A stretch of DNA of 64,000 nucleotides from assembly GCA_965223415.1 (NCBI GenBank), contig OZ245002.1, positions 3,910,242-3,974,241 of the forward strand, given 5' to 3'. This DNA is from Myxococcota bacterium. GTDB lineage: Bacteria; Myxococcota_A; UBA9160; UBA6930. This document shows, one piece after another, positions 57,477-64,000 of this stretch; position 1 is the first letter of the stretch; each line of letters starts with the position of its first letter. The notes under the pieces are model-generated. The model ran no database searches, was not told where the DNA came from, and was given only the letters and a program-made list of their open reading frames with translations. Position numbers and translations under genes: made by a program.

Positions 57477-58208
57477 GTGTCCGAACACGTCTCCCCCACC
57501 CCGATCCTCCGTCCCGGCGAGATCTTCGATCCGGTGGCGCGGGCCCTCGACTGGATCGGCGACAAGTGGACCCTGGTGCTGGTCCGCCACCTGCTGCGCG
57601 GGCCCCGCGGCTTCCAGGAGCTGCGCCAGCGCACCGGCATCACGCCGCGGGTGCTCTCCAACCGGCTGCGCCAGCTCACCTCCGCCGGCTTCGTCGAGGC
57701 GACGCAGACCGAGGCCGGCCGCCCCGCCTACGCCGCCACCGAGAGCGCCCGGGAGCTCGAGCCGGTCATCTCGGCGATCGCCCGCTGGTACGTCCACCAC
57801 GCCGTGGACGAGCTCGATCTCGACATCCAGCAGTTCACCGAGACGTCCCCGCTCTCGATCCTCGAGTCGCTGCCCTTCCTGCTCCGGGAGGAGCGGGCGA
57901 AGGAGGCGGACGTCGTCTTCGAGCTGCGGCTCACCGGCGAAGGGGGCGGCGTGTGGGCCATCCACATCCACGACGGCCAGTGCCGCGTCGAGCCCGGCTT
58001 CGCCAGTGGCGCCGATGTCCGGTACACGGCCGACGCCCGCGTCTGGTGCGCGGTCGCCCTCGGGCTCCTCGACGCCCGGGACGCCGCGAAGCGCGGCCTC
58101 CTCGAGAAAGAGGGAGGCCGCGAAGCCATGGACCCCTACTTCCACCAGCTTGCCCGTCCCCTGGCTCCGAGCACGTTGCCGGAGACCGGGGAGGGAACCC
58201 AGGAGTGA
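57477..58208 (+). CDS. HxlR-type wHTH regulator fused to an SCP2-like lipid-binding domain
   Basis: PVARALDWIGDKWTLVLVRHLL.GPRGFQEL; C-terminal FELRLTGEGGGVW.I...ADVRYTAD. Confidence 0.87.
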   Translation: MSEHVSPTPILRPGEIFDPVARALDWIGDKWTLVLVRHLLRGPRGFQELRQRTGITPRVLSNRLRQLTSAGFVEATQTEAGRPAYAATESARELEPVISAIARWYVHHAVDELDLDIQQFTETSPLSILESLPFLLREERAKEADVVFELRLTGEGGGVWAIHIHDGQCRVEPGFASGADVRYTADARVWCAVALGLLDARDAAKRGLLEKEGGREAMDPYFHQLARPLAPSTLPETGEGTQE

Positions 58209-58212
58209 CCCC

Positions 58213-59328
58213 ATGATCTCGTTCGGACCTACCGAGGAGCAGGAAGTCGTCCGCGACGCGATGCGCGAGTTCGCGGAGCAGGTGCTGCGTCCCGCCGCCC
58301 GCGACGCCGACGAAGCCAGTGCGCTGCCCGACGGCGTGCTGGACCAGGTGTGGGAGCTGGGCCTGACCAACACCCAGCTCCCCGAGGAGTACGGGGGCGG
58401 CGGCGAGGTGCGCTCGCCGATCACCAACGCCCTGATCCTGGAGGAGCTGGCCTTCGGTGATCCGGCCCTGGCGATCGCTTCGACCCATCCCTCGGCCTTC
58501 GCCTTCGCCGTGAACGACTTCGGCACCGAGGAGCAGAAGGCGGCCCACCTGCCGCGCTTCTGCGAGGCGCGCGTCGCGCCGGCCAGCCTGGCGCTGATCG
58601 AGCCCTCGCCCACCTTCGACGCGGTGGCGCTGCAGACGACGGCCGAGGCGAAGGAGGGCGGCTTCGTGCTCTCCGGCCGCAAGCGCTTCGTCGTCCTGGG
58701 CGACCGGGCCGAGAACTTTCTCGTGCTGGCCCGCAACGCCCAGAGCGCCGACGCCGGCGCCCGGTCCCTGGACGCCTTCATCGTGCCCCGGGATGCGGCC
58801 GGCCTCAGCGTCTCCGATCGGGAGCTGAACCTCGGCATGAAGGCGCTTCCGACCGTGAGCCTGGAGCTCGAGAAGGTGGAGGTGCCGGCGGAGGCCCGGC
58901 TCGGCGGCGACGCCGGCATCGATGCGGCGCGGTTCCTGGCCGGGACGCGCACCGCGAACGCGGCGCTGCTCGTGGGCCTGGCGCGGGCGGTGCGCGAGTA
59001 CGCCATCCCCTACGCCAAGGATCGTCACGCCTTTGGCGAGGCGATCGCCCAGAAGCAAGCCGTGGCCTTCATGCTCTCGAACATGAAGATCGAGACCCAC
59101 GCCATGCGTTGGCTCACCTGGAAGGCCGCCGCCACCCTCGAGAGCCGGGAGGACGCGACCCGCGCCTCCATCCACGCGCACACCTACACCGCGGAGCAGG
59201 GCATGAAGCTGGCCGACGACGGCCTGCAGGTGCTCGGCGGCCACGGTTTCATCCGCGAGCACCCGGTCGAGATGTGGTACCGCGCCGCGCGCACGCTGAG
59301 CGTGCTCGAAGGCGTCGCCGCGGTCTGA
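58213..59328 (+). CDS. Acyl-CoA dehydrogenase family protein
   Basis: PEEYGG, LSGRKRFV, YAKDRHAFG..IAQKQ, QVLGGHGFIREHPVE.WYR. Confidence 0.92.
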   Translation: MISFGPTEEQEVVRDAMREFAEQVLRPAARDADEASALPDGVLDQVWELGLTNTQLPEEYGGGGEVRSPITNALILEELAFGDPALAIASTHPSAFAFAVNDFGTEEQKAAHLPRFCEARVAPASLALIEPSPTFDAVALQTTAEAKEGGFVLSGRKRFVVLGDRAENFLVLARNAQSADAGARSLDAFIVPRDAAGLSVSDRELNLGMKALPTVSLELEKVEVPAEARLGGDAGIDAARFLAGTRTANAALLVGLARAVREYAIPYAKDRHAFGEAIAQKQAVAFMLSNMKIETHAMRWLTWKAAATLESREDATRASIHAHTYTAEQGMKLADDGLQVLGGHGFIREHPVEMWYRAARTLSVLEGVAAV

Positions 59329-59359
59329 CCCTCTGCATCTCGACTCCCTGGAGAACCCG

Positions 59360-60541
59360 ATGATCGACTTCAACCTGACCGATACCGACCAGAAGATCTT
59401 GGACTACGTGCGCAGCGAGGCCCTGGTGGCCCGCAAGTACGCGCGCCACTACGACGAGAACGAGGCCGAGTTCCCGCCCGAAGAGCTCGACGAGGCGAAG
59501 GACTACCCCGGCGTGTGGTCCCTGATGGGCGAGCGCACCGAGGAGGACACCAGCCAGACGGTGATCGGCATGCTCGTCACCATGGCGGAGACCTGGGGCG
59601 ACTACTCCGTGCGCATGCGCAAGGGCCGCGGCGTCGGCCTGGGCAACGCCGCCCTCGGCGCCGCCGGCACGCCCGAGCAGAAGGAGAAGTGGGGCGGCCT
59701 GCTCTTGTCGATGGCCATCACCGAGCCGGGCTGCGGCTCCGATCCCTCCCTGGTGCAGACCACCGCGGTCCTCGACGAGGAGACCAACGAGTGGATCATC
59801 AACGGCGAGAAGATCTTCGTGACCACCGGCTGCCGCGCCGACGGCGTGGTGCTGTGGGCGACGTTGGATCGCAGCGCCGGCCGCGCGGGCATCAAGAGCT
59901 TCCTGGTCGAGAAGGGCACCCCGGGCTTCGAGGTCTCCCACAAGGAGAAGAAGCTCGGCATCCGCGCCGACGACACCGCCACCTACGTGTTCACCGATTG
60001 CCGTATTCCCCGCGACAACCTGCTCGGCGGCAACGAGGAGATCCCGAAGGCCGGCTCCGGCGGCTTCCGCGGCGTGATGAAGACCTTCAACATCACCCGC
60101 CCGATGACCGCCGCCTTCGGCCTCGGCATGTCGAAGGCCGCCCTCGACTTCACCCGCGAGCAGCTCGAAGGGGCGGGTGTCGACCTCTCCTACGGGGCCG
60201 GCACCCACGGCCAGTCGGCGGCGGCCGCGAAGTTCCAGCGCCTGGAGGCGATCCAGGAGGCGGCGGAGCTGACGGTCTGCCATGCGGCCTGGCTCTCGGA
60301 CCAGGGCCAGCCGAACAACATGGAGTCGTCGATCAGCAAGGCGAAGGGCGGCTCGGCAGTCCGGGAGATCACCCAGGGCTGCATCGAGCTGCTCGGCCCG
60401 ATGGGCATCAGCCGCGAGCACCTGCTCGAGAAGTGGTTCCGCGACGTCCGTATCACCGACATCTACGAGGGCACCGGCCAGATCCAGAACCTGATCATCG
60501 CCCGCGAGATCCTGGAGTACGACCGGACCCAGCTCAAGTAG
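59360..60541 (+). CDS. Acyl-CoA dehydrogenase
   Basis: AITEPGCGSD, INGEKIFVT, KLGIRA.DT, EKWFRD..ITDIYEGTGQIQ. Confidence 0.94.
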   Translation: MIDFNLTDTDQKILDYVRSEALVARKYARHYDENEAEFPPEELDEAKDYPGVWSLMGERTEEDTSQTVIGMLVTMAETWGDYSVRMRKGRGVGLGNAALGAAGTPEQKEKWGGLLLSMAITEPGCGSDPSLVQTTAVLDEETNEWIINGEKIFVTTGCRADGVVLWATLDRSAGRAGIKSFLVEKGTPGFEVSHKEKKLGIRADDTATYVFTDCRIPRDNLLGGNEEIPKAGSGGFRGVMKTFNITRPMTAAFGLGMSKAALDFTREQLEGAGVDLSYGAGTHGQSAAAAKFQRLEAIQEAAELTVCHAAWLSDQGQPNNMESSISKAKGGSAVREITQGCIELLGPMGISREHLLEKWFRDVRITDIYEGTGQIQNLIIAREILEYDRTQLK

Positions 60542-60671
60542 CGGCCGGAAGCCCGGTCGGGATCGGGGACGGGCCTCCAGGCCATCTGCGCCAGGGAACC
60601 CGTCCCGACCCTCCCGGGCGCCGGTGTGGCTCTTCGTGCCGCCGTCGCGACCTCACGCAGGGATCTCGAAT

Positions 60672-62018
60672 CTACCTCGCGGAGGAGCGCCCAGGCCGCG
60701 CTGATCCGCGTTGTCGTGGAGAGCTCGCCGTCCTGCCGGCGGCAGACCGCCCGAGGCCGAACAACCCGAGGCCAAGCAACATCGCTGCACCCGGCTCGGG
60801 AACGGCGCTGACGTAGGTGCGGAAGTGAAAGTCGCGGGTCGCGCTGCAGGCGAAAGGGCCTCCGTTCGACCCGCAGCTGTCTCCGAGCGCGTAGAGGGGG
60901 TCCCCCGCCGAGTCGAAGCCGGCGGCCCATGCGTACTGGTAGACCGGCCCGGTCGTCGGCACCGACAGAACCAGCGCCAGGAGATCGCCCGGTGCGACGG
61001 CGATTCCGTAGACACTGACGTCCAAGCTGACCCAGGAGAAAGTGGTCGGGACACCCGAGACCACGATGCTCGCCAACGCTGGACCCGTCGGGACCCCGCC
61101 GGCCGCCGAGAAGATCTCGACTGTGAGGTTGGAGACGCTGTTCCTGGAGACTTCGAACTCGATCCTGTCGAGAGTTCCGGAGGCCCCCACCTCGAAGACC
61201 TGCGCAAGATGGGTCGCCGTGACCCCGAGGGCAGCATTCCCCGAGCCGAGGTCGTAGCTCTGGTCGAGAATGGGGACGGCACGCGCACCTCCGCTCGCCA
61301 TGAGTGAGAGCGCCAGGACCGCGGACGCGCGGCTGGCCGGCGAGCGCAGGACGCCAGAGGCCGCACCGAGAGGACGCACCTCTCGCTTCCTCCGTCCTCC
61401 AGCGAACAGCAGGACGCCGCCGGCAACCAGCATCAAGAGACTCGTGCCAGGCTCCGGGACGACCTCAGCGAACGTGTGACTGATCGTGCCGGCGACGAAT
61501 ATCGGCGAAGTCGAATTCCCGGTGTGGTACCAGAACGTGTGGTTGGTCGACCCATCGACCAGGAAGCGAGCGATCATGTCGGCGGGGCCGCTGACAGCGC
61601 CCATCTGCGGCCCGAGGTAGACGCCGTAGATCTCCACCAGCCTCGGCGCACCGTTGGTGTACCAGAACTGGGCGCTCGCGTTGGAGGGCGTGTAGGCCAG
61701 TCCACCAAGCGTCAGCGTGATCGAGTCGATCGTTGCCGAGAGCTTCTCCGTCCCGATTCCCGTGATCGCCGAGTCATCGAAGGTGATCGTCGCGGAGCCG
61801 ATCGCTGGATCGGTGGGAGCTGTACACCCGCCCGAACAGGTGAACCCGGACGCCGAGAAGCTCCCCGAGTAGGTGGTTGCATGAGACACCGCGGCCGAGA
61901 GAACACCCGCTGCCGCGACCGTGACGAGCGAAACCCGGAAAGCTGCCCGTCCCAAGAGACCCGCCGCCGCCACGAACGCAACTCGACACGACGTGCCATC
62001 CCACGTGAAGACACTCAT
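60672..62018 (-). CDS. Secreted protein with two PEP-CTERM sorting signals in tandem modules
   Basis: Signal peptide ending VSHA; VPEP+TM+RRKR (VPEP 61449-61460); second signal-like segment; second VPEP (60792-60803)+TM; RBS AAGGAG before ATG 62018. Confidence 0.82.
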   Translation of the reverse strand: MSVFTWDGTSCRVAFVAAAGLLGRAAFRVSLVTVAAAGVLSAAVSHATTYSGSFSASGFTCSGGCTAPTDPAIGSATITFDDSAITGIGTEKLSATIDSITLTLGGLAYTPSNASAQFWYTNGAPRLVEIYGVYLGPQMGAVSGPADMIARFLVDGSTNHTFWYHTGNSTSPIFVAGTISHTFAEVVPEPGTSLLMLVAGGVLLFAGGRRKREVRPLGAASGVLRSPASRASAVLALSLMASGGARAVPILDQSYDLGSGNAALGVTATHLAQVFEVGASGTLDRIEFEVSRNSVSNLTVEIFSAAGGVPTGPALASIVVSGVPTTFSWVSLDVSVYGIAVAPGDLLALVLSVPTTGPVYQYAWAAGFDSAGDPLYALGDSCGSNGGPFACSATRDFHFRTYVSAVPEPGAAMLLGLGLFGLGRSAAGRTASSPRQRGSARPGRSSAR

Positions 62019-62181
62019 CCACATCTCCTTCCCAAGAGCTGCTGCCAAGGCGGCAGCACGAGCACCCTATCCCCGAGTAGGCCCCGGCCGCATGACCCAT
62101 TCGTACCAGCAGGTCGGATCTCGGCGCTCCATGGCCCAATCGGGCCATGGAGCGCCGGGCCGGTCTGATACCCTGGGACCC

Positions 62182-63318
62182 ATGGCGCCTCCCGAGATCG
62201 GAGCCCAGGACCTCACCCGCGCCCACGCCCTTCTCGATCCGCTCTACCGCTCCGCGACCGAGCCCGAGGCCCTGGAAGAGTTCCTGGTCGGGCTGGGAGA
62301 GCTCACGGGTTCGGTCATGCCCGGCATCGCGACGGGCGGGCCCTCCCCACGCGTGCTGGCGATCGACACGCAGGAGAGATGGAGGCGGGACTTCGAGCAG
62401 CAGTACGCGTCGGGGCTGGAGGCCTGGGCTCGGGCGAACCGGGTCTGGGGCGTCTTCTGCTACTCCGATGTCGGTGGTCCGGTCGTGGAAGGGCTCCTCC
62501 ACGAGTGGGCGAGACCCATCGGCGTGCGCGACTGCCTCTCGGCCCACGTCTCCGTGGCCGGTTCGCTCGCCGGGCTCGGCGTCTATCGGGAGCTCGGGCG
62601 CCCGACCTTCAGCGAGCGGGACCGGGAAGTCATGAGGATCCTGTCGCCTCACGTCGGGAGTGCGCTGCTCCTCTCGCAGCGCCTCGGGGCCGGGCCCTCG
62701 CACCAGGCGTTCGCGCCTGCGGTCCTCGACCGCTGTTCGAGCGCCGTCGTCGTGCTCGACGCGCTCGGGCGGGTCGGCGACATGAACGACGCGGCGCGCG
62801 CGATCCTGGAGGCCGGGGACGGCCTGGCGGTCCGTGACGCCATGATCGCGGTCTCCGACCGGGAGGCTTCGCGGCGGTTGCGTGACCACCTCCGAGAGGC
62901 CATTGCGACAGCGATGCACGGTGGGATCCAGGCGGGCGGCGCGCTGAGGTGTCCTCGTGCCTCCGGCCGCCGGCCGTACGAGCTGTGGGTGGTCCCCCTG
63001 GCCGTCAGTGACCCGGGCCGCCTCGGGGATCGCATTCCGAGCGCGGCGCTCTTCATCGCCGATCCCGACACCGAGATCGCCTCCTTCCCCGAGCGCCTCG
63101 CTTGCCTGTACGGGCTCACGCCCGCGGAGAGTCGTCTGGCGGCGGGTCTTGCCGAGGGGTGGGGCCTGGCAGAGCTGGCCGAGGCGTTCGGCGTGACGAG
63201 GCAGACGCTCCGCAACCAGCTCAAGTCGGTGTTCGACAAGACCGGCTGCCGCCGCCAAGGGGAGCTGGTCTCGCTGCTGCTCCGCGGCGTCGCGAGTCGT
63301 TTCCGCGAACGGGGGTGA
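62182..63318 (+). CDS. LuxR-type HTH regulator with GAF/PAS-like input
   Basis: FSERDREVMRILSPHV, VVVLDALGRV..MN.AA, C-terminal YGLTPAESRLA...TLRNQLKSVFDKTG..RQ.ELV; start uncertain. Confidence 0.88.
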   Translation: MAPPEIGAQDLTRAHALLDPLYRSATEPEALEEFLVGLGELTGSVMPGIATGGPSPRVLAIDTQERWRRDFEQQYASGLEAWARANRVWGVFCYSDVGGPVVEGLLHEWARPIGVRDCLSAHVSVAGSLAGLGVYRELGRPTFSERDREVMRILSPHVGSALLLSQRLGAGPSHQAFAPAVLDRCSSAVVVLDALGRVGDMNDAARAILEAGDGLAVRDAMIAVSDREASRRLRDHLREAIATAMHGGIQAGGALRCPRASGRRPYELWVVPLAVSDPGRLGDRIPSAALFIADPDTEIASFPERLACLYGLTPAESRLAAGLAEGWGLAELAEAFGVTRQTLRNQLKSVFDKTGCRRQGELVSLLLRGVASRFRERG

Positions 63319-63464
63319 CCTCAGCGCGCGAGGCCCGCCGGAGCGCGAGCCGGCCCGGTGGTTTCGGCGCCGTCGTCGCCCGGAGACGCTCGCCACCGAG
63401 GCGATGGCGGTCGTGGCGCTCCGGTCGCGCGCAACCCTGGCCGCGCGCGCTAGCTTTCGCGGCC

Positions 63465-64000
63465 ATGCGCGCCGTCGTCGTTGACAACCCGGGCCGTGAC
63501 TCCACGCTCCGCGTCGCCGAGGTGCCGGCGCCGGAGATCGGCGCCGGCGATGTCCGAGTGAGCGTCCACGCCTTCGCGCTGAACCGCGGCGATCTCCTCC
63601 AGCGCCAGGGCCTCTACCCCCCGCCGCCCGGCGCGTCTGAGATCATGGGCCTCGAGTGCGCCGGCGAGGTGATCGAGGTCGGCGCCGAGGTGCAGGCCTG
63701 GAAGCCCGGCGACCGGGTGATGGCGCTCCTCGCCGGCGGGGGCTACGCGGAGGAGGCCGTCGCCCCGGCTCCTTGTCTCATGCCGGTGCCCGAGCGGCTC
63801 TCCCTCACCGAGGCCGCGGCGATTCCCGAGGTCTTCCTCACCGTCCACCAGAACGTGTTCCAGCACGCCCGCCTCGCCGAGGGCGAGTGGCTGCTCGCCC
63901 ACGGCGGCGCCAGCGGCATCGGCACCGCCGCCATCCAGCTGGCCAAGGAGGCCGGGGCGAAGGTGATCGTCACCGCCGGTGGCGACGACAAGTGCGCCCG
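63465..64000 (+). CDS. NAD(P)H-quinone oxidoreductase (PIG3/Qor), 3' end outside window
   Basis: MRAVVV, LNRGDLLQRQGLYPPPPGASEIMGLECAG, GGGYAE, AAAIPEVFLT, HGGASGIGTAAIQLAK. Confidence 0.93.
   Translation, partial: MRAVVVDNPGRDSTLRVAEVPAPEIGAGDVRVSVHAFALNRGDLLQRQGLYPPPPGASEIMGLECAGEVIEVGAEVQAWKPGDRVMALLAGGGYAEEAVAPAPCLMPVPERLSLTEAAAIPEVFLTVHQNVFQHARLAEGEWLLAHGGASGIGTAAIQLAKEAGAKVIVTAGGDDKCA

Overview
High-GC (roughly 70%) bacterial chromosomal segment. Gene content (PEP-CTERM protein, type A RNase P RNA, lgt, RND pump, many amidohydrolase/acyl-CoA/SDR/sulfotransferase genes) suggests a diderm, possibly Myxococcota/deltaproteobacteria-like organism (inference only). It holds about 58 CDS, mostly housekeeping and catabolic: tkt, a phenylalanine/tyrosine catabolic cluster (Lrp, phhA, hppD, hmgA, FAH), metF, purN, thrH, pepF, uppP, lgt, a sigma-70 factor, an RND system and acyl-CoA enzymes, plus rnpB. 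Most notable signals: (1) a complete IS110/IS621-like element (33156-34397) whose non-coding end folds into a bridge RNA with readable guides matching its own donor junction and its insertion site; (2) a split imuA-imuB / dnaE2 mutasome whose two halves, 23 kb apart, share a 31-bp promoter/operator (TTGACC-N17-GAAAAT containing a CGAA-N7-CGAA repeat), a candidate SOS-type box; (3) a 49-bp double palindrome (TGAA-N16-TTCA twice) found both in a TetR/amidohydrolase divergent region and upstream of a distant amidohydrolase operon; (4) a tandem two-module PEP-CTERM polyprotein; (5) an IS1380 inserted into the shared CTAG stop codons of two convergent genes; (6) a perfect 33-bp-arm palindrome. All calls come from motif reading without database searches.
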